Positions 9,350 through 17,927 of a stretch of DNA of 64,000 bases are shown here, piece by piece (the stretch's first letter is position 1; each line of letters opens with the position of its first letter). The stretch lies in assembly GCA_036171915.1 (NCBI GenBank), contig JAVHRY010000138.1, positions 2,890 through 66,889 on the forward strand, written 5' to 3'. Source of the stretch: Elusimicrobiales bacterium (GTDB lineage: Bacteria; Elusimicrobiota; Elusimicrobia; Elusimicrobiales; UBA9959). The notes under the pieces are model-generated. The model did no database searches, was not told the DNA's origin, and was given only the letters and a program-made list of their open reading frames with translations. Both the position numbers and the translations under genes were made by a program.

Positions 9350-12300
9350 TCAAAGGTACTTGTGTATTTTTTCCAGCAGCCCCGGTTTTTTAACAGGCTT
9401 CAGCAGGTAATCCGTGAACCCGGCGTCCAGGCATTCCTTTATCTTTACGGCGTCGTCGTGCGCGCTGAAGGCGATCACCGGCACCTCTTTCAGGGCCGGA
9501 GTACGGCGCAGCACCCTTACCGCCGCAAGGCCGTCCATCACCGGCATTTCCAGGTCCATCAGCACCAATGAATAAGCGGCGCGTCCCAGCATTTCCAGCG
9601 CCTCTTCCCCGTTAGACGCCCGGTAAAGGCGCAGTCCCGCTTCACCTTTGAGGTGCAGTTCCACCAGGTCCAGGTTGTCGGGGTTGTCGTCCACTACCAG
9701 CACCTTGCGCCTGGAATCGAGCCATTTATTCAGCGCCTCATAAAGCACCTTTTTCTTAAGCGGCTTGGTAATATGGGCGTTCATGCCGAAGGAAAGCGAT
9801 TTCTGTATATCGCTGTCCAGGCCGTGGGCCGTGAGCGCCAGTATAGGGGTCTTCTTGTAGGCCGGGGTCTTGCGCAGCTGAAAAGTCGCTTCATAGCCGT
9901 CCATCTCCGGCATTTGTATGTCCATCAGGACCAGGTCATATTCATAAACGGCGCATTTTTCCAGCGCCTCGCGGCCATTACAGGCTATGTCCAGCTTATA
10001 GCCGGCCTTTTCCAGCATCAGCCTGTCCAGGTTCTGGTTGTCGGGATTGTCCTCAGCCACCAGGATCCTGAGGTGGGACCTGTCCGGCGCGGACGCTTCC
10101 GCTCCGGCCGGCGCCGCGCTCGGGGCGGCCGGCATAAAAACCTTCAGGATGGCGTTAAAAAGGCCCGACCTTGTTATGGGCTTTGACAGGAAGGCCGCTA
10201 CTTCCGACTTAACGCTTTCCGGGATGACCTCTACCCGCGAGGAAAGCATTATTATTTTAGCCTCTCCGGAAGCGCCGCCAGAGGCCTCTTTTATGAACTG
10301 CTCGCCGTTTCCGCCCGGCATCTGGTGATCGACTATGAGCAGGTCGAATTTACCTCCGCTGTCAAGCACCGCCTTGGCTTCGAAAATGTTCCTGGCCGGT
10401 ACCGTGCTGAAGCCCCATACCGCCATGTTCTGGGCCAATATTTCCAGGCTGTCCGTGTTGTCGTCCACCAGCAGCGCCCGCAGGCCGGCGAACGAAACGT
10501 GCTCCTCCCTCCGGGCCGGTACCGCCGCGGCCTCCTCGCAGGGCAGCCGGAAACTAAAGGAGGAACCCTTCCCCGCTTCGCTCTCCAGCGAAATGGACCC
10601 GCCCATCATCTCCACAAGGGACTTCGAGATGCTCAGGCCCAGCCCTGTGCCGCCGTACTTGCGGGTGCTTGAATCGTCCACCTGGGAGAACTTGCTGAAA
10701 AGTTTTTTCTGGTTCTCCGGAGAAATGCCGATGCCGGTATCGGTCACGGAGAACACCATCCAGCTGCCGGCCCCGCCCTTCAGCAGTTCAGCGGAAATCT
10801 TTATCTGGCCGGTAAGCGTGAATTTGAAGGCGTTCCCGACCAGGTTTATCAATATCTGGCGCAGGCGGTTGCCGTCCCCGATAACCGAGGCGGGCAGGTC
10901 CGTGGAAACCTTAAGGACCAGTTCCAAGCCTTTCGCGGCGGCTCGCTGCGCGAACATTTCGGCCACGCTTTCGGCCACTTCCCGCGGGTCGTACGGGGCC
11001 TTCTCGACCTTTAAGAGGCCAGCCTCTATTTTTGAAATATCCAGGATGTCGTTTATTATATACAGGAGTGCGTCGGCCGAACGCTCGATGGTCTGCAGAT
11101 GCCGCCGCTGCTCTGCGCTCAGGTCGCTGTCCAGCAGGATCTCCGCCATGCCGATTATGGAGTTCATGGGCGTACGGATCTCATGGCTCATATTGGCCAG
11201 GAAGTCGCTTTTAGCGCGGTTGGCCGCCTCCGCGGCTTCCCTGGCTTTGAGCTGGGCGGCTTCTACCGCCTTGCGGGCGGTTATATCCACCAGCACCGCC
11301 AGCACCGCCGGCGCTCCCTTGTAAACTATGGGCGCGCTTTTAACCACGAGATGCAGTATCTTCCCGGGCTTCGTGACGAACTGCACATCGTAATCGCCCG
11401 GCGCCGCGCCCGCCGTCCTCTTGGACATAGCCGCGTAGATCTTTGCCCTGGACGCCTCCGTAAGGAAATCGAAAATAGAGCTGCCCGCCAATTCCTTGCG
11501 CTCATAGCCTGATATTTTTGTGCCTATGTCGTTGACATAAAGGATACGGCCGTCCCGGTGTATTATCACCGTCTCGGGGGCGTTGTTGGCGATGGCCGCA
11601 TACCGGCTCTCGCTCTCTTTCAGCGCGTCCTCCGTTCTTTTGCGCGCCGTTATGTCGCGCAGCACGCCCACGGCGTGCCACTCCCCCCTGAGCCTGACCA
11701 CCGACAGCGAAAGCTCCACGGCGATCTCCGAGGAATCTTTTTTAAGCGCCGCCAGTTCCAGGGTCTTGCCCACCGCGGAACCTGCGCCTGACTTCCGGAA
11801 GTCCGGGAAGGCTTTTAAATGGGCCTCGCGGAAACGTTCCGGCACTATAAGGGTATGCAGGTTTTTTCCCAGCGCTTCTCCGGCGGTCCAGCCAAAAATC
11901 CTCTCGGCCGCTGGATTCCAGAAGGAAATGGCCCCGGAACTGTCCATCATCAGGATAGCGTCCTGGGCGGAGGTCGTTATCGCGCGGAACGTAGCCTCCT
12001 GCCCGGAGAGCCGGTCTTCGGCCAGCTTCCGCTCGGTTATATCCTCTTTTACCGCCAGGTACTTTATTATGTTGCCGCGCGCGTTCTTTATTCCCGAGAT
12101 CGAGGCCAGCTCCCAGAACAATTCGCCGTTCTTCTTTTTGTTGTGCAATTCCCCGCGCCAGGTACCGCCGGCACTGATAGTCTCCCAGAGTTCCCTGTAT
12201 TTTTCCGCGGACAGCTCCCCGGATTTAAGTATCCTGGGATTCCTACCTACGACCTCGTTAAGCGTATAGCCGGTAACCTCGTAAAATTTACGGTTGACGT

Positions 12301-13177
12301 ACTCAATACTGCCCTCCGGGTTGGTTATGACGAAACTAGCCGGACTCTGCTCGGCGGCTATGGACAGCAGCCTAAGCTGTTCCTCGGCAAGCCGCCGCTC
12401 GGTAATATCCTCGAAACTTTCTATGCCGCCGGTAACCACCCCTTTCGCGTTGCGTATCACATCGGCGTTTTTAGAGACGATCCTTATGAGCCCGTCCTTG
12501 GTACGGACGGTACATTCCGCGCAATTTATAGGTTTGGGCACGGTGTCGTCAAAAAGACCGCAGCCGACCCTGCAGGGCATGTCGGCAAAAATACTGCAGG
12601 GCTTGCCTATCACCTCTTTGGCCGAATAGCCGGTTATCTCGGCCGCCTTGCGGTTCCAGTTCATTACCCGCTTGTCGGCGTCCACGGTATACACGGCGCT
12701 GGGCACGAGCTGGAACCCCAGTTCCGCTTCTGCTTTTGCGCTCTCCAGGGCCTCCCGGGCCAGCCGGCGCTCCGTGCTGTCGCTGAAAGCTATTATCAGC
12801 CCCATGACCTTGCCGTTGTCTTTGAGCGGCGCGGCCGAGCAGTCCACCGGGATGCGGCGGCCGTCCTTGGAGACGAACACCTCCTCGGTGAACCTCCGGG
12901 GCGCCCCGGAACGCATCACTTCCATGATGGGGCAGCCATTCTCCGGATTAGCCGTCCCGTCATTCTTGGTGCAATGGAAAACTTTATGGGCGCTCTTGCC
13001 GATGATGTCCCCGTCTTCGTGGCCAAGGATCTCCCTGGCCGCCTTGTTCATGTAGACCACCTTTCCGGCGATGTCCGTCAGGTAAATGCCTTCAGCCACC
13101 GCCTCGAGCAGCGCCTCCTCGTCTTTGCACGAAGCCGATTTCCCGGCTTTATTTTTACCCTTGAACCAGGCGAACAT
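9350..13177 (-). CDS. hybrid sensor histidine kinase: multiple PAS domains, HisKA, HATPase_c and three receiver domains
   Basis: 1275 aa with several PAS/PAC units (repeated ...DITERK/RLAE... boundaries). H-box is FLANMSHEIRTPMNSIIG; N/G boxes are LINLVGNAFKFT, DTGIGI and GGTGLGLSI. Three REC modules: LLVDDN...LLIVDHQMP, ILVAEDNPDN...LVLMDIQMPEMDG and VLVVDDNPDN...LVLMDLEMPVMDG. RBS AAGGAG lies 5 nt upstream of the ATG. Confidence 0.9.
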   Translation of the reverse strand: MFAWFKGKNKAGKSASCKDEEALLEAVAEGIYLTDIAGKVVYMNKAAREILGHEDGDIIGKSAHKVFHCTKNDGTANPENGCPIMEVMRSGAPRRFTEEVFVSKDGRRIPVDCSAAPLKDNGKVMGLIIAFSDSTERRLAREALESAKAEAELGFQLVPSAVYTVDADKRVMNWNRKAAEITGYSAKEVIGKPCSIFADMPCRVGCGLFDDTVPKPINCAECTVRTKDGLIRIVSKNADVIRNAKGVVTGGIESFEDITERRLAEEQLRLLSIAAEQSPASFVITNPEGSIEYVNRKFYEVTGYTLNEVVGRNPRILKSGELSAEKYRELWETISAGGTWRGELHNKKKNGELFWELASISGIKNARGNIIKYLAVKEDITERKLAEDRLSGQEATFRAITTSAQDAILMMDSSGAISFWNPAAERIFGWTAGEALGKNLHTLIVPERFREAHLKAFPDFRKSGAGSAVGKTLELAALKKDSSEIAVELSLSVVRLRGEWHAVGVLRDITARKRTEDALKESESRYAAIANNAPETVIIHRDGRILYVNDIGTKISGYERKELAGSSIFDFLTEASRAKIYAAMSKRTAGAAPGDYDVQFVTKPGKILHLVVKSAPIVYKGAPAVLAVLVDITARKAVEAAQLKAREAAEAANRAKSDFLANMSHEIRTPMNSIIGMAEILLDSDLSAEQRRHLQTIERSADALLYIINDILDISKIEAGLLKVEKAPYDPREVAESVAEMFAQRAAAKGLELVLKVSTDLPASVIGDGNRLRQILINLVGNAFKFTLTGQIKISAELLKGGAGSWMVFSVTDTGIGISPENQKKLFSKFSQVDDSSTRKYGGTGLGLSISKSLVEMMGGSISLESEAGKGSSFSFRLPCEEAAAVPARREEHVSFAGLRALLVDDNTDSLEILAQNMAVWGFSTVPARNIFEAKAVLDSGGKFDLLIVDHQMPGGNGEQFIKEASGGASGEAKIIMLSSRVEVIPESVKSEVAAFLSKPITRSGLFNAILKVFMPAAPSAAPAGAEASAPDRSHLRILVAEDNPDNQNLDRLMLEKAGYKLDIACNGREALEKCAVYEYDLVLMDIQMPEMDGYEATFQLRKTPAYKKTPILALTAHGLDSDIQKSLSFGMNAHITKPLKKKVLYEALNKWLDSRRKVLVVDDNPDNLDLVELHLKGEAGLRLYRASNGEEALEMLGRAAYSLVLMDLEMPVMDGLAAVRVLRRTPALKEVPVIAFSAHDDAVKIKECLDAGFTDYLLKPVKKPGLLEKIHKYL

Positions 13178-13216
13178 ATAGCTCCTTACTCAAGCGGGAA
13201 AGGCCTTAGCGGCCGG

Positions 13217-13528
13217 TTAATCCATCGGGACGTATTCTATCTCCACCGTGTCTAAAAAATCCTTCAGTTCCGCGGCCAGCGCGGCCAGCGCGGCCTTGTC
13301 GGCCGCTTTAGCGGACTTTTCCATGCGTTCTCCAAGTTCGGTCAGGAAATCCAGCCCGAACCCGCCGCCGGAGCCGTGCAGCTTGTGGCCTATTCCCCAA
13401 AGCTCGTCGAAATCCCCCGCTTCAAGAAGCGCGGAGACCCGCGCCAGTTCTTCGCGCCTGCTAGCCAGGTAGACGGGCACCAGTTCCGCCAGGTCGGCAT
13501 CTACTTTTATTATTTTTTTCATAACCAC
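13217..13528 (-). CDS. Hpt (histidine phosphotransfer) domain protein
   Basis: 103 aa with the canonical Hpt motif GHKLHGSGGGFGL in a four-helix-bundle-like context. It lies directly upstream of and co-directional with the hybrid kinase (39-nt gap). Confidence 0.8.
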   Translation of the reverse strand: MVMKKIIKVDADLAELVPVYLASRREELARVSALLEAGDFDELWGIGHKLHGSGGGFGLDFLTELGERMEKSAKAADKAALAALAAELKDFLDTVEIEYVPMD

Positions 13529-13654
13529 CCCCGGTTACCGGGCCTCTGCCGGCCCGCTAAGCGGCGGTACCTTATCTTACATAAGTTTTCATGGTATCAC
13601 AATTAGCCGCGCGGCAGGTCCGGTGCCCCCTCTTTTGTATAATGAGTTCACAAA

Positions 13655-14929
13655 ATGAAATCGAAAATATCCGCAACAGGCGGCGCCGACATACTAATTA
13701 TAGGCGGCGGACCCGCCGGTCTTATGGCGGCGGGCCGCGCCGCCGAACTGGGCGCGCGCGTCACTTTAATAGAGAAGAACGCGCGCCCGGGCCTGAAGCT
13801 CCTTATTACCGGGGGGGGCCGGTGCAACGTCACCAATAGCGCCGGGTTGAAAGGCTTTGTCGCGGCTTTCGGCAAGAACGGCAATTTCCTGTACCGGGCT
13901 TTCTCGGTTTTTTCCAGCGAGAATTTAACGGGGTTTTTAAAATCCTTCGGCGTGCCCACCCGCACCGACCCGGACGGGAAGGTCTTCCCCGCCGACGACA
14001 AGGCCCAGAGCGTGCTGGAAGCGCTGCGTTGCTACCTCAGCCGCGGCAAGGTCGCCACCGTCTTCAACGGGCAGGCCGCCGGGCTGCTCCTGGGCGCGGA
14101 TTCTAAGATGGAAGGCGTAAAGCTCCTGGACGGAGGCTTGCTGCGCGCGAAAAAAGTCGTCATCGCCACCGGCGGCATGTCCTACCCGGCCACCGGCTCT
14201 ACCGGCGACGGCTACGCCCTGGCCAGGCAGTGCGGCCACACCGTAACCCCGCTCAGGCCCGGCCTTACGGCGCTGGAATCGGACGAGCCGTTCATAAGGG
14301 ACCTGCAGGGCCTGACGCTGCAGGATATAAGCATCGGGATCCTGGTGAACGGCAAGAAGGCGGCGGAGGAAAAAGGCGAGCTGCTTTTCACCCATTTCGG
14401 CGTTTCCGGCCCGAAACTGCTGGTTATGAGCGGGACGGCGTCCGACGCCCTGTCCGAACCGGGCAACAAGGTGGAACTTTCCTTGGACCTGAAGCCGGAG
14501 CTCGATCCTTCCGCCCTGACCAGGACCATCCAGGATTATTTCGCCGCTAACGGCGCCAAGATGTTCGCCAGCTACGCAAGAGCCGCCCTTCCCGGCTCGC
14601 TCGCCCCGGTCTTCGAGCGCCGCTGCGGCATTGCCCACGACCGGAAGTGCGCTTCCATTACCGGGAGCGAACGCAAAAAGATAGCGAAAATGCTGGGCGA
14701 CTTCAGAATACATTTAACCCGGCCGCGCCCCCTCCGGGAAGCCACCGTAACGCGCGGCGGAGTGAATTTAAAAGAAATAAACCCGCAGACAATGGAGTCG
14801 CGCCTTGTCCCCGGGCTTTATTTTTGCGGAGAGGTGCTGGACCTGGACGGCATCACCGGCGGCTATAACCTGCAGGAAGCTTTTTCTACCGGCTACCTTG
14901 CCGGGCAGTCGGCCGCTAAGCCGTTTTAA
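13655..14929 (+). CDS. NAD(P)/FAD-dependent oxidoreductase, HI0933/BaiN (YhiN) family
   Basis: 424 aa. Dinucleotide fold is ILIIGGGPAGLMAA. Family motifs are TGGGRCNVTN and the C-terminal FCGEVLDLDGITGGYNLQEAFSTG. Confidence 0.85.
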   Translation: MKSKISATGGADILIIGGGPAGLMAAGRAAELGARVTLIEKNARPGLKLLITGGGRCNVTNSAGLKGFVAAFGKNGNFLYRAFSVFSSENLTGFLKSFGVPTRTDPDGKVFPADDKAQSVLEALRCYLSRGKVATVFNGQAAGLLLGADSKMEGVKLLDGGLLRAKKVVIATGGMSYPATGSTGDGYALARQCGHTVTPLRPGLTALESDEPFIRDLQGLTLQDISIGILVNGKKAAEEKGELLFTHFGVSGPKLLVMSGTASDALSEPGNKVELSLDLKPELDPSALTRTIQDYFAANGAKMFASYARAALPGSLAPVFERRCGIAHDRKCASITGSERKKIAKMLGDFRIHLTRPRPLREATVTRGGVNLKEINPQTMESRLVPGLYFCGEVLDLDGITGGYNLQEAFSTGYLAGQSAAKPF

Positions 14930-15188
14930 CGTTCTTGCCTACCCAGACAAAGCCGGACGGCAGCACTATGCACTGGCACTTATCGCTCAGCATGGAACTG
15001 TTTTCCGGCATGATATTGACTATGCCGTTGGTCCAGGACACATAGCGTATGTGCGCCGCTTCTATCCATTCGTAAACCCGCGGCCCCACGCGCGGCATGA
15101 TAGTCCACACCACCGCGTTCTCCCACGGTATTTCATTGGCGTCGGACGAAAATTTAATTTCAGGTATCTTAGCCGCAAGAGAGTCCAT
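14916..15188 (-). CDS. small hypothetical protein (90 aa)
   Basis: Internal ATG at 15188 of ORF 14916..15305 is preceded by AAGGAG (aaggagttacttATG). The sequence MDSLAAKIPEIKFSSDANEIPWENAVVW... has balanced, protein-like composition. No family recognised. Its 3' end overlaps the convergent oxidoreductase gene by 14 nt. Confidence 0.45.
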   Translation of the reverse strand: MDSLAAKIPEIKFSSDANEIPWENAVVWTIMPRVGPRVYEWIEAAHIRYVSWTNGIVNIMPENSSMLSDKCQCIVLPSGFVWVGKNVKTA

Positions 15189-15217
15189 AAGTAACTCCTT
15201 ATTCCCCACCGCATGGA

Positions 15218-15352
15218 GGGCGCGGGCCTGGGACAGGGTAAGAAAAACCCTGTCGGAGGCCCGAGCTTGCATAGCGCGAGGGCTGAGACGGGGAAGGGCG
15301 AGCACGGTGTGCGAGACCCTGTTTTTTCTTACCCTGTCCCAGGCCCGCGCCC
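15218..15352. repeat. perfect 30-bp inverted repeat (GGGCGCGGGCCTGGGACAGGGTAAGAAAAA) separated by 75 nt
   Basis: The left arm at 15218..15247 is the exact reverse complement of 15323..15352. It lies immediately 3' of rnpB on the minus strand and upstream of the small ORF at 15188. Confidence 0.85.
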
Positions 15353-15361
15353 GAAACTTTT

Positions 15362-15735
15362 TTAGACCGCGGACTGTACCCCGAATTCTGTCCGGCCCCT
15401 TGCGGGACCTGGAGGACCATTTATCTGTTGCGGCCCACTCTGCGCCTCCCCCCGGAGGGGGACGGACGGGCTATCCAGGCGCAATTTTGGCCTTGCTTCA
15501 GGAGGGGCTTGCCCTGCCGTCCGCGTTTCCGCGGACGCGGTGCGCTCTTACCGCACCTTTTCACCCTTACCCTTGCGGGCGGTATGTTCTCTGTGGCGCT
15601 ATCCGTCGGCGGGGGATGTAGCCCCCGCCTCCCGGCCTATGGCCGCTTAGCGGCTTTGAACCGGCACCCTGCCCTGTGAAGTTCGGAAGTTCCTCCCCTC
15701 CCTTGCGGGAAGAGCGGCCCTCCGTCCGCGGTCTA
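15362..15735 (-). ncRNA. rnpB: RNase P RNA, bacterial type A
   Basis: The minus strand reads GACCGCGGAC(P1 5')...GGAGGGGAGGAACUUCCGAACUUCACAGGGCAGGGUGCC...GGUAAGGGUGAAAAGGUGCGGUAAGAGCGCACCGCG...GCAAGGCCAAAA...ACAGAAUUCGGGGUACA GUCCGCGGUC(P1 3'). This is collinear with E. coli M1 RNA blocks (GAGGAAAGUCCGGGCUCCAUAGGGCAGGGUGCC; GGUAAGGGUGAAAGGGUGCGGUAAGAGCGCACCGCG; GCAAGGCCAAAU; ACAGAACCCGGCUUA). P4 shows compensatory changes (CCGAA/UUCGG versus CCGGG/CCCGG). Ends are +/-10 nt. Confidence 0.9.
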
Positions 15736-15740
15736 AAAAT

Positions 15741-16235
15741 TCATAACACGGCTTTTCGCGGCGTTTTTTTCACGTCCGCGGCGTTCTCCGCCGCCAGCGA
15801 CTTATCCAGCGCAGGGGACGCGTGGACGGCGTTATCTAGTATCCGGCTTACCAGCCTTTGCGCCTCCCTGTTCTTCCCGCCCGGCACCAGTGAAAGCGAA
15901 ATTTTCCGGAACCGCGCTCGAGGCCCGCGGAGCCCGGACATAAGAGCGGCCAGCCCCGCGCCCTTTATACCGCACGCTCCGGAGAACTGTTTAACCAGCA
16001 GCCCGGAGTCCGAGAATATCTCCAGCTCCTGCCCTCCCAGGCGGGCGGCCGCGGCCAGCGCCAGCCTTAAGCCGTTATATTCCGCTGACTTACCGGTGCA
16101 GCGCCCCAAGTATTTGCCTTCTTCGCGTAATATCGTGCCGTCCGCGTCAAAGAACACGGCGGCGCAGGCGCCTTGCCCGGGGTTTCCGCGCACCGCTCCG
16201 TCTATAAAGATACGCAGCTTTTTCCCTTTTTTCAT
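15741..16235 (-). CDS. RNase H family protein (RNase HI-like)
   Basis: 164 aa. IFIDGAVRGNPGQGACAAV...SAEYNGLRLALAAA...LEIFSDSGLLVKQ gives a D-E-D catalytic-residue spacing typical of RNase H / RVT_3-type domains. The stop codon is 7 nt from the predicted rnpB 5' end. Confidence 0.75.
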   Translation of the reverse strand: MKKGKKLRIFIDGAVRGNPGQGACAAVFFDADGTILREEGKYLGRCTGKSAEYNGLRLALAAAARLGGQELEIFSDSGLLVKQFSGACGIKGAGLAALMSGLRGPRARFRKISLSLVPGGKNREAQRLVSRILDNAVHASPALDKSLAAENAADVKKTPRKAVL

Positions 16236-16236
16236 G

Positions 16237-16986
16237 TTAACCGCCGAACAGCGTGCGCTCGAGATAAATAAGGCGGCGGCAGTCCGGGCAGACGGCGAGA
16301 GAATCCGTCTTTTTAACGTCCAAAGTCTTCTGCGGGGTAAGCGCTATATGGCAGCCCCCGCACGAGAGCTTGCCCGTGGTTTTGTCCTCGTGAACCGCGG
16401 CCGCGGCCAGTCCGCCCCTGTTTGCCCTGAGGTCCTCGTATTTTTCCAGGAGCTCCGGGGTTAGCGCGCCCGCGGCGGCCGCCCGCACGGTCCTGGCGGC
16501 TTCCAGCCCCGCGCCCGCCTCGCGGGCGGCGGCTTCAAGGGCGGAAATTTCAGCATTCTTAACGGCCTCCATCTTCCTCACTTCAACCTGTATCGCTTTT
16601 TCATCGGAGGAAGCCTTGTCGATGTTTTCCAGCAGCACAAGTTCCGAGGTCTCAAGTTCATCCTTATTCTTCTTATCGTTATCGATTTCGTTCAGCAGGG
16701 CTTTGAAAGCGTTATTGTCCTTAACCAGGTTGAGCTCCCGCTGGTGCTTGCGGATACCCTCTTCGGCTTCCACCAGTTTTAATTCGACGTCTTTTTTTCC
16801 GGACTGAAGCTTATAAAGGGCCTCCCGCGCGGCGCCCATGGATTTTTTTTTAGCCTCAAAAGCGGAGTTGAGAGCGGCTATCTTTACGGGGATATCGGCG
16901 CAGCGCGCCGCCAGCGCGTCTATGGCGGTGTCTTTTTTCTGCAGCTCTACCAGCGCCTTCGCCTCAACAGTGTGAATAGTTTCCAT
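16237..16986 (-). CDS. coiled-coil zinc-ribbon protein, COG1579/DUF164 family
   Basis: I prefer the ATG at 16986 (AAGGAAAAATG) within ORF 16237..17025. It has a long heptad-like coiled coil followed by a C4 zinc ribbon, CGGCHIALTPQ...CPDCRRLIY. Confidence 0.75.
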   Translation of the reverse strand: METIHTVEAKALVELQKKDTAIDALAARCADIPVKIAALNSAFEAKKKSMGAAREALYKLQSGKKDVELKLVEAEEGIRKHQRELNLVKDNNAFKALLNEIDNDKKNKDELETSELVLLENIDKASSDEKAIQVEVRKMEAVKNAEISALEAAAREAGAGLEAARTVRAAAAGALTPELLEKYEDLRANRGGLAAAAVHEDKTTGKLSCGGCHIALTPQKTLDVKKTDSLAVCPDCRRLIYLERTLFGG

Positions 16987-17045
16987 TTTTCCTTGGGTAA
17001 CAGCCAGATTATAGCAACTGCGCACGCCGTATGACAGCCTGGCGT

Positions 17046-17927
17046 TTACAGACCGCCGACCACTTTCCGCGCCCCTTTTACGTTGCGAAGTATTGCCATG
17101 GCGGCTTTGCTCTGGTTAAGCGTGTAAAGGTGCAGGCCCGGCGCCCCGCCCTTCAGCAGTTCCAGCGCCTGCGCCGAGGCGTACTCCACGCTGAACTTGA
17201 ACATCCCGTCCTTGTCGCCGTTCCAGCGCTCTATGCCCGCTTTCAGCGCTCCGGGCACGGACACCTTCATCAGCTGCGTGAACTTCTGCATCTGTTTGTA
17301 GCCGGTTATCGGCATGACGCCCGGCAGTATGGGAACGGAGATCCCCGCCGCTGAAGTTTTTTCCAGGAACCTGAAATAAAAAGAGTTATCGAAGAAAAGC
17401 TGCGTTATAAGGTACTCGGCGCCGGCGTCCACCTTTTCCTTAAGGCGGCCGATGTCGGCCTCAAGAGTAGGCGCCTCCGGGTGTTTTTCCGGGTAGCAGG
17501 CCCCGCCTACCGCGAAATCCCCGGTAGCCTTGAGGTCAGCCGTAAGCTGCGCCGCGTAGCTGTAGTCGCGCCTGGGAGGCAGGCCTTGCAGGTTATGCAC
17601 ATCACCGCGCAGAGCCAGTATATTCTTAATGCCGAGCCCTTTAAGGCGCAGGCAGATCTCCGCTATTTCCGCGCGGCTGTGCGCCACGCAGGTCAGGTGG
17701 GCCACCGTCTCCAGCCCGAGTTCGGCCTTGAGCACGCCCGAAAGCGCGACGGTGCGGTACGGCGCGGCCCCGGTGGAGGAATTCGTAACGGATACAAAAT
17801 CCGGGCCGAGCGCCTTCAGCTCCCGGGCCGCGGCAAAGAGCTTGCGTGAATCCTCCTCCGTTTTAGGGGGATAGAACTCGAAGGAAAAAACCTTGGCGCC
17901 GGAGTTCAGGCGCTCGGTAACTTTCAT
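17046..17927 (-). CDS. metF: 5,10-methylenetetrahydrofolate reductase
   Basis: 293 aa. It has FSFEFYPPKTEE at the N-terminus, plus VTNSSTGAAP, HLTCV, ILALRGD and ITQLFFD blocks typical of MetF. Confidence 0.9.
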   Translation of the reverse strand: MKVTERLNSGAKVFSFEFYPPKTEEDSRKLFAAARELKALGPDFVSVTNSSTGAAPYRTVALSGVLKAELGLETVAHLTCVAHSRAEIAEICLRLKGLGIKNILALRGDVHNLQGLPPRRDYSYAAQLTADLKATGDFAVGGACYPEKHPEAPTLEADIGRLKEKVDAGAEYLITQLFFDNSFYFRFLEKTSAAGISVPILPGVMPITGYKQMQKFTQLMKVSVPGALKAGIERWNGDKDGMFKFSVEYASAQALELLKGGAPGLHLYTLNQSKAAMAILRNVKGARKVVGGL

